From a virus (lineage: Duplodnaviria > Caudoviricetes): a stretch of 62,619 nt of DNA. Position numbers and translations under genes: made by a program. The notes under the pieces are model-generated. The model was not told where the DNA came from. It made no database searches and saw only the letters and a program-made list of their open reading frames with translations. Below, piece by piece: positions 1 to 10,527 of the stretch. The first letter of the stretch is position 1. The number at the start of each line of letters is the position of its first letter. The DNA is taken from positions 1 to 62,619 of IMG/VR virus record IMGVR_UViG_3300042565_002416; one strand, 5' to 3'.

Positions 1-2
1 TT

Positions 3-3000
3 ATTACAACACCAAATGGTATTTTATGGAGGGATTTGGATAACATTATAACCGGTAGTACAATAATCAATAATAATTATAGTCAATTCACAGCATTTAC
101 TCAGTCATTTAATGCTTATTCAGCCTACACATTAAATAATATTAATAATAACTATAGTCAATTCACAGCATTTACAGATAGCGTAAGTTCATTTACAGCT
201 AATACACTACCATTAAGTTATTTTAAACAGAGTGGAAACACATTCGGAACGACAGCTATATTAGGTACAAATGATGATCAGGGTTTAAGTTTAATAACTT
301 CAGGAACTTCAAGGTTATTTGTAACAAATATAGGTAATGTAGGTATAGGGACGACTAATCCAAATTATACATTACACGTTTTAGGTGCAGCAGGCGGTAC
401 AGTGGCGTTTGAAGGAGATTCTTCACAAACAACATTACTTTTAAAACAAGGTGCTAATCTTAATTATATTGTTGGTATTACTAATAATATTTCTTTTAGA
501 CCTAATGGAACTGAAGCATTATATCTTAGAGGATCAAATAGTAATGTAGGTATAAGTACGTCATCACCATCAGCTCGTTTACATGTTAGAGGTGCAGGGG
601 CTACTTCATCTACAACAGGTTTTAGAGTTGAAGATAGTAATTCTTTATCTTCTTTAGTGGTTAGAGACGATAGAAGAATAGGTGTAGGTATTGATAATCC
701 AAACGCTCAATTCCATATTAGCGGACTAACAACAACGGATAACTTATTATTGGTTAATACTAGTGGTGGTACAACTGGATTAGTAGTTAATAATATTGGT
801 AGAGTGGGTATTGGTACTACTTCCCCTGTGGAAAATTTTGACGTGAGAGGTAGAATGATAGTTGCCGGTTCAACCCCTGTAAACCCTGTAAATCCAGCAT
901 TCGGAGGTATTTTAGAAGTATATAATAACGGTTCAAATGCTCAGTTAACCATACATGAAGATGCTGGTAGTGCTCAAGCTAGATTAGCATTCCGTTCAGG
1001 TGGTAATGACACCACATTTAGAATGACAGATGGTAATGGTATAGGATTGTCAATTGACGTGGAATCAATGAATGACGCATTAACAATTCGTACTGATGGA
1101 CTTATAGGTATAGGAACAACAACACCAACACAAAGATTAGATATTAATGGTGATGTTAGAATTAGAGGCGATATATTTGATAGCTCAAATAGTACAGGTT
1201 TTACAAATCAAGTTCTTATTACAACACCAAATGGTATTTTATGGAGGGATTTGGATAACATTATAACCGGTAGTACAATAATCAATAATAATTATAGTCA
1301 ATTCACAGCATTTACTCAGTCATTTAATGCTTATTCAGCCTATACATTAAATAATATTAATGAAAATTATAGCCAATTCACAGGATTTACTCAATCATTT
1401 GGTGTATATAGTGCTAATACTCTTAATTTAATTGACACAAAATATGATAAATCTGGTGGAACTATTAGTGGTAATGTTACAATAATTGGTAACTTAACTG
1501 TTAATGGAACTGCAACAACGGTTAACACCGTTAATTTATTAGTATATGATCCAATTATAGGATTAGCTTTAAGTCAATCTGGAAGTACTAATCCGACATT
1601 AGATTCTGGTTTTATAATTGATAGAGGTTTAAGTGGAAATACTGGATTTGTTTGGATTGAAAATAATAAGCAGTTTGAATTGGGTTATACTAATAACAGT
1701 TATAACGATACAAATGTAACAATAAATCGGTACGGTGATTTAAAGGTAGGTGGTTTAAAGACAAATTATTTAACGGATAGTAGTAATTTAACTGGAACTA
1801 CAAATCAGGTATTAATATCATACCCTGAAGGGGTAAAATGGAATAATATTGATTACATAGTTACTGCTGTAACAAGTAATAAGGTAATTGAGTTAGGTTC
1901 AGGTGTATTATCGGCGGTAAGAATATGTGCTAATAACGTATCATCTGGTAATTATTCGGGTGTATTAAGTGGAACAGGAAATACTTCAACAGGTTGTTTT
2001 TCAGCGATATTAGGTGGTAGACAAAACATAGCTTCAGGAGTTAATTCAAGTGTTTCTGGTGGTTTTTTCAATACAGCTTCAGGTAATTATTCAACAATAG
2101 TTGGTGGTAGGGAAAATAAATCAACATCATCTTGTTCGTTTATAGGTGGAGGTAGATTAAACTTATCGTCAGCACAATTTTCAACAGTATCAGGTGGGTA
2201 TAAAAACACATCATCAGGTCAATATTCATTTATTGGTGGTGGTAAACAAAATACAGCATCCGGATCTATATCATCAATAAGTAGTGGATTTAAGAATACT
2301 ACATCAGGTATTTATTCAACTATAAGTAATGGTTATTTAAATGTTGCAATATCTAATTATACTTTTATTGGTGGTGGTTTAGGTAATACGATTACATTAA
2401 ATGCAACATATTCATCTATTGGTGGTGGTTTAGCTAATACGGTAAGTTGTTCAAGTTCATTCATTGGTGGTGGATGTTTTAATACGGCATCAAATTCTCG
2501 TTCAGCTATTCTTGGTGGTGAAGATAATAGAGCTTCAGGTGTATTATCAGGTATAGTATCAGGATCAGGTAATACGGCATCAGGTATTTTTTCATTCATA
2601 GGTGGAGGTTGTGGTAATACATCCTCTGGAATTGAAACATTTATAGGTGGTGGTGAGTTTAATACCGCTTCTGGAACATGTTCATTCGTAGGTGGTGGTC
2701 AACTTAATATATCTTCAGGTCAGAGATCTTTTGTAGGTGGTGGTCAAGAAAATACAGCATCTTGTTATATTTCAACAGTTGCTGGTGGTAGAAGTAATAA
2801 ATCATTATCCCTTTACTCATTTATTGGTGGTGGTTATATTAACATCGCAAATGCTTGTTATACAACAATCGCAGGTGGTTTTAATAGTATAGCGAATGAT
2901 TGTTATGGGACAATAGGTGGTGGTTGTGCAAATACAGCGTCAGGTTCATACTCTTTTGTTGGTGGTGGTAGATTAAATGTGGCTTCATCAGGTTCAACCG

Positions 3001-6000
3001 TTTCTGGTGGTATTTGTAATACAGCATCTGGTCGTTATTCAACTTTAGCAGGTGGGTGTAGAAATACATCTGTGGGCGTAAATAATGTGATTGGTGGTGG
3101 ATTTTTAAACTTTACTTGTGAAAACTGTTCTGTAATTGCTGGTGGTCAATCAAATATGTCTATTGCTAGATATACTTCTGTTGGTGGTGGTTTTGGAAAT
3201 ACGTCATCTGGATATGCGGGTATAGTTGGTGGTGGTTTTTTAAATACCGTAACTGGAGTATATTCAACGATATCCGGAGGTTATGGAAATATAGCATCAG
3301 GTTGGTGGTCATCTATTGGTGGTGGTTGTAGAAATACATCCGCTTGTTTTTCATTTGTAGGTGGTGGTATGTGTAATACAACCGGTGGGAATTGTTCATT
3401 TGTGGGTGGTGGTTTTAGGAATGTAGCTTCAGGATGTTTTTCAAGTATTGTATCTGGATCCGGAAATACGGCATCGGGTATTTTTTCATTCATAGGTGGT
3501 GGTTGTGCAAATACAAACTCAGGGGTTTATTCAGTTATTAGTGGTGGTAGATGTAACACAACGACAGGCTCTTTATCAAGCATAGGTGGTGGATGTTGTC
3601 ACACTAATTCAGCTAATTATTCAACTATTGTTGGTGGATTTAGGAATGTTCATATTTCCGGTGGTGATTTAAGTATAATTGGTGGTGGTGGTACAAACAC
3701 AAACTCAGGGGCTTATTCAGTTATTGGTGGTGGTAGAAATAATACATCATTTCATAGTTACTCAGTAATTGCTGGTGGTTGGGCTAATATTGTTTCAGGT
3801 AATTTTAGTTTTGTTGGTAGTGGTTATCTTAATACAGCATTAACAGGTTCAACCGTTGCTGGTGGTATTGCTAATAGAGCGTTAGGTAGTTGTTCATTTA
3901 TTGGTGGTGGTTGTCATAATACATCTTCAGGTGATTTTTCAAACATAACTGGTGGTTTTTGTAATACTATAACAAATCAAGAATCATTTATTGGTGGTGG
4001 TAGATTAAATGTGGCTTCATCGGGGGTTTATTCAGTTATTGGTGGTGGTTGTGGAAACACATCATCTAATAATAGTAGTTTTGTTGGTGGTGGAGCTGGT
4101 AATACAGCATCGGGTTATCGTTCAGCTGTGGTTGGTGGTAATATTAATTTAAGTTTAGGTGATTATTCATTTGTAGGTGGTGGTTTTAGGAATAGTTCTC
4201 TTGGTAGTTATTCAACGGTGTCTGGTGGTTATAGAAATACATCTTGTAATGGAGCAACAGTAAGTGGTGGTTTATTTAATATAGGTCGTTGTAATTATTC
4301 ATTCTTAGGTGCTGGTTCATTTAATACCACATTAGGAAATCAATCATTCATTGGTGCTGGTTGTAATAATACCGTATCCAATGGTTGTTCAGGTATCGTA
4401 TCTGGATCTGGAAATACGGCATCAGGTATTTTTTCATTCATAGGTGGTGGTTGTGCTAATACATCGTCTAGTAATTATACATCGATATCATCAGGTAATT
4501 TAAATACTATTACATCATCAGGGTCGGTTTCATTTATTGGTGCTGGATGTAGGAATATAATCACATCACCTAACTCAGTAATTGTTGGTGGTAGATTGAA
4601 TTTGGTTTCAGGATGTACATCATCTATTGGTGGTGGATGGGGTAACACTATAATTAACGCTTTCTCAAATATAGGTGGAGGTTGGTTTAACACATCATCT
4701 GGAAATTATTCAACAATATCTGGTGGTTATATTAATAGAACAACCGGAGCCGGTTCAGCTATTAGTGGTGGTTATTTTAATACAGCTTCAGGTAATTGTT
4801 CATTTATTGGTGGGGGTGAATTAAATGTATCATCTAATAATCGTTCAGCGGTGGCTGGTGGTTGTGGTAACATAGCATCCTCACCTTGTTCATCTATAAT
4901 AGGTGGTGCTGGTAATAGAGCTTCCGATGTTTTTTCAGTTATAGGTGGTGGTACATCTAATACGGCTTCAGGGTATAGCGCATTTGTAGGTGGAGGTGGC
5001 AGAAATACAGCTTCAGGTAATGCATCAACTATTTCCGGTGGAGCTGGTAATACAGCGTCAGGAGATTGCTCATTTGTTGGTGGTGGAAATAGAAATAGGG
5101 TTTCAAATATATTATCAGGTATTATATCAGGTTCAGGAAATACTGTATCAGGAGCACATTCACTAATTGGTAGTGGTTGTGGTAACACGGCATCAGGATA
5201 TTTTTCATTTATAGGTGGTGGTTTATTTAACACTACTACCACTCTACAAAGTTTTATAGGTGGAGGTCAATTAAATGTTAACACATCATTTCAAGGGTTT
5301 ATTGGTGGAGGTCTTCAAAATACCATTTCATCTTATAGAAACGTAATTGTTGGTGGTGTTGGTAATACCAATTCCGGATATAGATCATCAATAGTAGGTG
5401 GAAGCTCTAATAACTTATCAGGCGCCCATTCTTTTATTGGATCAGGACAACAAAATACAATTAATGGAAATCATTCAACAATTGCTGGTGGGTTTAGAAA
5501 TACCACCAATGGGGATTGTTCGTTTATCGGTGGTGGTTTATTTAATACAGCTTTAACAGGTTCAACAGTATCTGGTGGTTTGTGTAATTCATCAATCGGT
5601 AATTGTTCAACAATTGGTGGTGGTTTTTTAAATACGGCTTCAGGTAGTCAATCATTTATTGGTGGTGGTAGAGGTAATAAGGCGTTATCCCCTAATTCAA
5701 CAATCGGTGGTGGATGGTTAAATACGAACTCAGGTTATTATTCAACAATCGGTGGTGGTTATTTTAATACGATATTAAATCTTCGTAATTATTCTACAAT
5801 ATCAGGTGGTTACTGTAACAGGATTGATTCTGGATGTTCATTTATTGGTGGTGGTTTTAATAATAGAGTTACTAACATAATTTCAGGTATCGTATCTGGT
5901 TCAGGAAATACAGCTTCAGGATGTTTCTCAATCGTAGGTGGGGGATGTGGGAATACCGCATCTGGTGTCGAATCCGGCGTTCTTGGTGGTGATTTTAATG

Positions 6001-8069
6001 TGGCGTCAGGTAGTTGTTCATTTATCGGTGGTGGAACTGGTAATATAACCATAGGTTGTTTATCAATTGTAGTTGGTGGTCTTAGTAACGTATCTTGTGT
6101 TGAAAGATCAGTAGTTTTAGGTGGTATAAATAATACAGCATCTTGTTTTGGTTCAACGGTTATAAATGGATTTTTAAATATAGCTTCTGGTGGTTATTCA
6201 TTTATCGGTGGTGGTTGTGCAAATACATCTTCAGGTTATAGCTCATTTGTAGGAACAGGTTGTCTTAATAAGTCAACAAATTGTTATTCAACGATTGCTG
6301 GTGGTAAACAAAATACAGCTTCTGGAGATTTTTCTACTGTTGGGGGTGGTTGTGGAAATATATCATTAACAGGGTCAACAATATCCGGTGGTTTAAATAA
6401 TTTAGCGTCAGGTAATTGTTCATTTGTAGGTGGTGGAGCTAGTAATACAGCTTCAGGTATCTTTTCAACAATTACCAGTGGTAAATTAAATACTGTATCA
6501 ACATATGGTAGTGGTATTGTTAGTGGTTTTTGTAATATTATATCATCTGGAGGTTACTCATTTATTGGTGGTGGTTACACCAATAGAGCATTAGGTTCTT
6601 CATCATTCATAGGTGGTGGTTATTTAAACACATCATCTGGAAGTTATTCTACGACATCTGGTGGATATAATAATAGATCAACAGGTTATATATCAGTTAT
6701 TGGTGGTGGTCAACTTAATATATCTTCAGGTAATACATCATCTTTATTCGGTGGTTTTTGTAACGTTGCCGGTGGTGGTTGTTCATTTGTTGGAGGTGGG
6801 TGTAATAACATATCAATAAACAATTATTCAACTATTGTAGGTGGTAGAAGTAATACAGCATCAGGTAATTGTTCATTCATAGGTGGTGGTTTAGGTAATA
6901 CAGCCTCAGGATGTTATACATCTATTGGTAGTGGTTGTGGTAATGTCGCTGGATTTACCGCAGATGTTGTTAGTGGTGGATTTTTAAATACAGCCAATGG
7001 AGCTTTTTCAAGTGTACTTGGTGGTTCTCGCAATACATCATCAGGTAAATACAGTTCAATATCAGGTGGTTTTAGTAATACATCATCTGGGTTATATTCA
7101 TTTATTGGTGGGGGTAGAAATAATAGAACACTGAGTAATTGTTCAACAATTGGTGGTGGTTGCTGTAATACAACATCAGGATTATCTTCATTTATAGGTG
7201 GTGGTATATGTAATATAGCATCTGGAGTTAATTCAGTTATAGCTGGTGGTTTATCTAATACATCATCTACCGGTTCAACTGTAGGTGGTGGTGTGAGTAA
7301 TACAGTATCAGCTTGTTATTCAGGTATATTAGGTGGTTTTAATAATAGGGTTACAACAAATAACACATTTGTATTAGGATCTAACTTAACAGGTAATACT
7401 CTTAATACAACATTTGTTGAAGCATTAAATATTAATTCAAGGTTTAACACACCGGCATTATTTGTTCAAACAACAGGTTCAACAGCGGCAGTTGTTACAT
7501 TACCAAATGGAAATACTGGTTTTGGAACAGCAAATCCACAATTTAGAGTTGATGTATCAGGAACAACTAATGTAATGAGAATTATTGGTTCTGGTTCAGG
7601 ATCAACACAACCAATTTTCACAATTCAAGGTTCTCAAGGGGAGTTATTCTCTGTTACGGACAATTTAACGGGGTCTTTATTTAGTGTAAATGATATATCA
7701 GGATTACCGATACTTGAAGTATTTTCAAATAATCAAATATTAATGGGTGATTATCAAGCACCGGCATTATTTACAACTAAAAAAGTAAGTGTAAATACTG
7801 GTTCAACGGCTATTTATAATTTCTCACCAACAAGTTTTGATGGAGCATTTGTGGAATATACATTAAGAAATTCGTTTAATGCTAGATCAGGACAGATGAT
7901 GGCCGTATGGAGTGGTTCAACAATAAGATATACTGAAACAACATCGGTTGATATTGGTGACACATCAAGTGCTTATATGTATTTTATGATGTCAGGAACA
8001 ACTCCAATATTAATGACATCAGCAACAACAACTGGTTGGAACATAAAATCAATTATAAGATCAATATAG
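3..8069 (+). CDS. Giant tail-fibre/virion adhesin with roughly 120 15-aa (NTASGxxSxIGGGxx) solenoid repeats; 5'-truncated
   Basis: Frame is open from the window edge (ITTPNGILWRDLDN...), so TTG at 36 is internal. GNVGIGTTxP fibre modules, a 45-nt repeat array at about 1930-7390, and a C-terminal GSQGELFSVTD...GLPILEV module. Confidence 0.8.
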   Translation: MTTPNGILWRDLDNIITGSTIINNNYSQFTAFTQSFNAYSAYTLNNINNNYSQFTAFTDSVSSFTANTLPLSYFKQSGNTFGTTAILGTNDDQGLSLITSGTSRLFVTNIGNVGIGTTNPNYTLHVLGAAGGTVAFEGDSSQTTLLLKQGANLNYIVGITNNISFRPNGTEALYLRGSNSNVGISTSSPSARLHVRGAGATSSTTGFRVEDSNSLSSLVVRDDRRIGVGIDNPNAQFHISGLTTTDNLLLVNTSGGTTGLVVNNIGRVGIGTTSPVENFDVRGRMIVAGSTPVNPVNPAFGGILEVYNNGSNAQLTIHEDAGSAQARLAFRSGGNDTTFRMTDGNGIGLSIDVESMNDALTIRTDGLIGIGTTTPTQRLDINGDVRIRGDIFDSSNSTGFTNQVLITTPNGILWRDLDNIITGSTIINNNYSQFTAFTQSFNAYSAYTLNNINENYSQFTGFTQSFGVYSANTLNLIDTKYDKSGGTISGNVTIIGNLTVNGTATTVNTVNLLVYDPIIGLALSQSGSTNPTLDSGFIIDRGLSGNTGFVWIENNKQFELGYTNNSYNDTNVTINRYGDLKVGGLKTNYLTDSSNLTGTTNQVLISYPEGVKWNNIDYIVTAVTSNKVIELGSGVLSAVRICANNVSSGNYSGVLSGTGNTSTGCFSAILGGRQNIASGVNSSVSGGFFNTASGNYSTIVGGRENKSTSSCSFIGGGRLNLSSAQFSTVSGGYKNTSSGQYSFIGGGKQNTASGSISSISSGFKNTTSGIYSTISNGYLNVAISNYTFIGGGLGNTITLNATYSSIGGGLANTVSCSSSFIGGGCFNTASNSRSAILGGEDNRASGVLSGIVSGSGNTASGIFSFIGGGCGNTSSGIETFIGGGEFNTASGTCSFVGGGQLNISSGQRSFVGGGQENTASCYISTVAGGRSNKSLSLYSFIGGGYINIANACYTTIAGGFNSIANDCYGTIGGGCANTASGSYSFVGGGRLNVASSGSTVSGGICNTASGRYSTLAGGCRNTSVGVNNVIGGGFLNFTCENCSVIAGGQSNMSIARYTSVGGGFGNTSSGYAGIVGGGFLNTVTGVYSTISGGYGNIASGWWSSIGGGCRNTSACFSFVGGGMCNTTGGNCSFVGGGFRNVASGCFSSIVSGSGNTASGIFSFIGGGCANTNSGVYSVISGGRCNTTTGSLSSIGGGCCHTNSANYSTIVGGFRNVHISGGDLSIIGGGGTNTNSGAYSVIGGGRNNTSFHSYSVIAGGWANIVSGNFSFVGSGYLNTALTGSTVAGGIANRALGSCSFIGGGCHNTSSGDFSNITGGFCNTITNQESFIGGGRLNVASSGVYSVIGGGCGNTSSNNSSFVGGGAGNTASGYRSAVVGGNINLSLGDYSFVGGGFRNSSLGSYSTVSGGYRNTSCNGATVSGGLFNIGRCNYSFLGAGSFNTTLGNQSFIGAGCNNTVSNGCSGIVSGSGNTASGIFSFIGGGCANTSSSNYTSISSGNLNTITSSGSVSFIGAGCRNIITSPNSVIVGGRLNLVSGCTSSIGGGWGNTIINAFSNIGGGWFNTSSGNYSTISGGYINRTTGAGSAISGGYFNTASGNCSFIGGGELNVSSNNRSAVAGGCGNIASSPCSSIIGGAGNRASDVFSVIGGGTSNTASGYSAFVGGGGRNTASGNASTISGGAGNTASGDCSFVGGGNRNRVSNILSGIISGSGNTVSGAHSLIGSGCGNTASGYFSFIGGGLFNTTTTLQSFIGGGQLNVNTSFQGFIGGGLQNTISSYRNVIVGGVGNTNSGYRSSIVGGSSNNLSGAHSFIGSGQQNTINGNHSTIAGGFRNTTNGDCSFIGGGLFNTALTGSTVSGGLCNSSIGNCSTIGGGFLNTASGSQSFIGGGRGNKALSPNSTIGGGWLNTNSGYYSTIGGGYFNTILNLRNYSTISGGYCNRIDSGCSFIGGGFNNRVTNIISGIVSGSGNTASGCFSIVGGGCGNTASGVESGVLGGDFNVASGSCSFIGGGTGNITIGCLSIVVGGLSNVSCVERSVVLGGINNTASCFGSTVINGFLNIASGGYSFIGGGCANTSSGYSSFVGTGCLNKSTNCYSTIAGGKQNTASGDFSTVGGGCGNISLTGSTISGGLNNLASGNCSFVGGGASNTASGIFSTITSGKLNTVSTYGSGIVSGFCNIISSGGYSFIGGGYTNRALGSSSFIGGGYLNTSSGSYSTTSGGYNNRSTGYISVIGGGQLNISSGNTSSLFGGFCNVAGGGCSFVGGGCNNISINNYSTIVGGRSNTASGNCSFIGGGLGNTASGCYTSIGSGCGNVAGFTADVVSGGFLNTANGAFSSVLGGSRNTSSGKYSSISGGFSNTSSGLYSFIGGGRNNRTLSNCSTIGGGCCNTTSGLSSFIGGGICNIASGVNSVIAGGLSNTSSTGSTVGGGVSNTVSACYSGILGGFNNRVTTNNTFVLGSNLTGNTLNTTFVEALNINSRFNTPALFVQTTGSTAAVVTLPNGNTGFGTANPQFRVDVSGTTNVMRIIGSGSGSTQPIFTIQGSQGELFSVTDNLTGSLFSVNDISGLPILEVFSNNQILMGDYQAPALFTTKKVSVNTGSTAIYNFSPTSFDGAFVEYTLRNSFNARSGQMMAVWSGSTIRYTETTSVDIGDTSSAYMYFMMSGTTPILMTSATTTGWNIKSIIRSI

Positions 8070-8073
8070 AAAA

Positions 8074-8763
8074 ATGAGTTTTCATTATAGCCCAAAAATA
8101 GTAACAGATGGATTAGTATTATATCTAGACGCTGCTAACACTAAAAGTTATGTGAGTGGAAGTACCTCATGGAATGATATTTCTAGAGGAGGAAATAATG
8201 GTACATTAGTAAATGGTCCAACATTTAACTCAGCAAATGGTGGTAATATAGTATTTGATGGGGTGAATGACTATTATGAGACTCTAATAACACCTGATTT
8301 TAATACCATACAAACAAATAATTCATTAACAATATCCGTGTTTTTTAGGAATAATTTTAATGGTGAATTTAGAGATATTGTAGGTTTAAATAAAGTATCA
8401 GGGTTGGAACCTTTTTGTATTAGACAGGGTGCTACTAACGATGTTTTATTTTATGATACCTTTGTTGGTGGAACAAGGTATAGTCCAACAATTAAAGTTT
8501 TTCAACCTAATAATACATGGGTACATGCGTGTGCTACTTTCGGTAATAATCAAATAAACACATATTATAATGGAGTGTTAGTTTCTACAACAAATACTGC
8601 AGGCAATATAAGAAGTTTTGATAGTAATCAATTTCGTATAGGTAATTTAGGTTATAATTATTTTAAAGGTGATATATCTAATATTAATTTATATAATAGA
8701 GCACTTTCAGCTACTGAAGTACGTCAAAACTATAACGCAACTAAAACCCGATTCGGATTATAA
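8074..8763 (+). CDS. LamG/concanavalin A-like domain virion protein
   Basis: IVTDGLVLYLDAAN...W.D N-cap, FDGVNDY, WVHACAT, YNRALS...QNYNATK.RF C-cap. Confidence 0.8.
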   Translation: MSFHYSPKIVTDGLVLYLDAANTKSYVSGSTSWNDISRGGNNGTLVNGPTFNSANGGNIVFDGVNDYYETLITPDFNTIQTNNSLTISVFFRNNFNGEFRDIVGLNKVSGLEPFCIRQGATNDVLFYDTFVGGTRYSPTIKVFQPNNTWVHACATFGNNQINTYYNGVLVSTTNTAGNIRSFDSNQFRIGNLGYNYFKGDISNINLYNRALSATEVRQNYNATKTRFGL

Positions 8764-8766
8764 ATT

Positions 8767-9489
8767 ATGGCAGGAAGAATAGCATATTATGGTAATATAG
8801 TAAGAGATGGTTTAGTTCTTAACTTAGATGCAGCTAAACGAGATTCATATCCTGGTAGTGGTACTGTATGGAGAGATATTGTTGGTGGAGTTATAACTGG
8901 ATCATTAATAAATGGACCTACATTTGATCCTAATAATTTTGGAAGTATTGTGTTTGATGGTGTAGATGATTATGTTGATTCTATAGGTACGGTATCATCT
9001 TTTTCTTTCATACAAAATACAGGAATATTTACTATAAATGCTTGGGTTAGACTTAATGACTTATCAGTAGCTAGATATTTTTTAGGTAATAACGATGGGA
9101 CCACGGGAGCTAAAGGATTTTGGCTAGGATATACTGGAACCTCAGGGAGATTATGGTTATCTATCACATATGGTGTTGGAGGACAATATACCCTTAACTA
9201 TATTAGAAGTAATTTTTTTACTGTTAATGATTGGATATGTGTTACGTGCGTAGGAAATGGAATCGATTGTCAATTTTATAAAAATGGCGTTAGTTTCGAC
9301 TCTCCTTCTAATTTTGACACATTTTCAACAGGAAATAGTATAAGAAATTTAAGCGTAGGAAGAATTAACAATTTTAATAGTAGCTATTGGCAAGGTAACG
9401 TAGCACAAACACAAATATACAACCGAGCACTTTCAGCACAAGAAGTATTACAAAACTATAACGCAACAAAAGGAAGATATGGACTATAA
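8767..9489 (+). CDS. LamG/concanavalin A-like domain virion protein
   Basis: Same N-cap, FDGVDDY and YNRALS C-cap as 8074..8763. Confidence 0.8.
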   Translation: MAGRIAYYGNIVRDGLVLNLDAAKRDSYPGSGTVWRDIVGGVITGSLINGPTFDPNNFGSIVFDGVDDYVDSIGTVSSFSFIQNTGIFTINAWVRLNDLSVARYFLGNNDGTTGAKGFWLGYTGTSGRLWLSITYGVGGQYTLNYIRSNFFTVNDWICVTCVGNGIDCQFYKNGVSFDSPSNFDTFSTGNSIRNLSVGRINNFNSSYWQGNVAQTQIYNRALSAQEVLQNYNATKGRYGL

Positions 9490-9733
9490 TAACAGACATT
9501 TTATGATATTTAGTGTAACAGAGTTACCCAATATCGATTTCACTCAAGTTAATGAAACATCAATAGACACAGTACGTAAAAGTGTTAACGGAGAAAAAAC
9601 ATTTGTTAAGTGGGATGGTGATAATATGCCATCATCAGTAGAAACATTAACAACTAAAGAAGGTCCTTATACATATGAGGAAATATTAATAATATTATCT
9701 ACTGAAGAATGGACTAATCCAATAATAAAATAA
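9479..9733 (+). CDS. Small hypothetical protein, possibly a fibre accessory factor
   Basis: 84-aa ORF packed between LamG genes with overlapping start. Confidence 0.6.
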   Translation: MDYNNRHFMIFSVTELPNIDFTQVNETSIDTVRKSVNGEKTFVKWDGDNMPSSVETLTTKEGPYTYEEILIILSTEEWTNPIIK

Positions 9734-9734
9734 T

Positions 9735-10454
9735 ATGAGTACTTTAAGTGGTGGTCCAAATATTGTTTTTGATGGTTTAGTATTATATCTAGACGCCGCA
9801 AACTCTAAGAGTTATATACCTGGTTCTACTATTTGGAATGATATTTCTAGAATAGGTAATAACGGTACATTAACTAATGGACCGACATTTAATTCCGCTG
9901 ATGGTGGTTCTATTGTGTTTGATGGTGTGGATGATTTTATTACTTTAGGTAATATTTCGGCGTTAGGGTTTACTAATGGTGTTTTTACTGCAGAAGCTTG
10001 GGTTTATGTACCTTCTACTTGGACCGCGGGTTCACAATACCCAAATCTTATAAGTAAAGGTGCTAGCGCTGGATGGGACAATGCTGGTTGATCTTTATTT
10101 GTTTTTAGAGATTGGCCAAGTGCGGGATTATATAATTGGGGTTGTGGTATAAGAAATGGGGGGACTCCATTAATAACTCAAGTAAGTATAAACATGACAC
10201 CAAATATTTTTACACATATATGTGCAACGGCTGATGGTTCCAACGTAAGATTATATCAAAATGGTGGTTTACCGTTAACATATAATCAAACTGTAAATCC
10301 TGAATTTAATTCTCAAAATATTTTAATTGGTAAAGATTGGACTAATAATTATTTTCCAGGGAATGTTGCATTAACTAGATTATATAATAGAGCTCTCTCA
10401 TCATCAGAAGTACGTCAAAACTTTAACTCAACAAAATCAAGTTTTGGTATTTAA
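9735..10454 (+). pseudogene. LamG-domain gene interrupted by one in-frame TGA (10089-10091); nonsense allele, read error or readthrough
   Basis: ORFs 9735..10091 and 10194..10454 share a frame, and the 34 intervening codons are open (SLFVFRDWPSAGLYNWGCG...). The joined product has both LamG caps and a length like its paralogs. Confidence 0.75.
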
Positions 10455-10486
10455 AAAATAATTAAACAATTTTAATAGATTTAATA

Positions 10487-10494
10487 TATTTATA
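10487..10494 (+). promoter_or_regulatory. Putative phage late promoter TATTTAT(A), representative copy
   Basis: Also at 22762, 23810, 29008, 35028, 36479, 38342, 41465, 46862, 51220, 54124, 58355, 60075, 60435, 60472 and minus-strand 46834-46841; each listed copy lies shortly before a start codon. Confidence 0.7.
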
Positions 10495-10527
10495 GATAAT
10501 AAAAACCTGGACAGTGAAAGGTAACAA

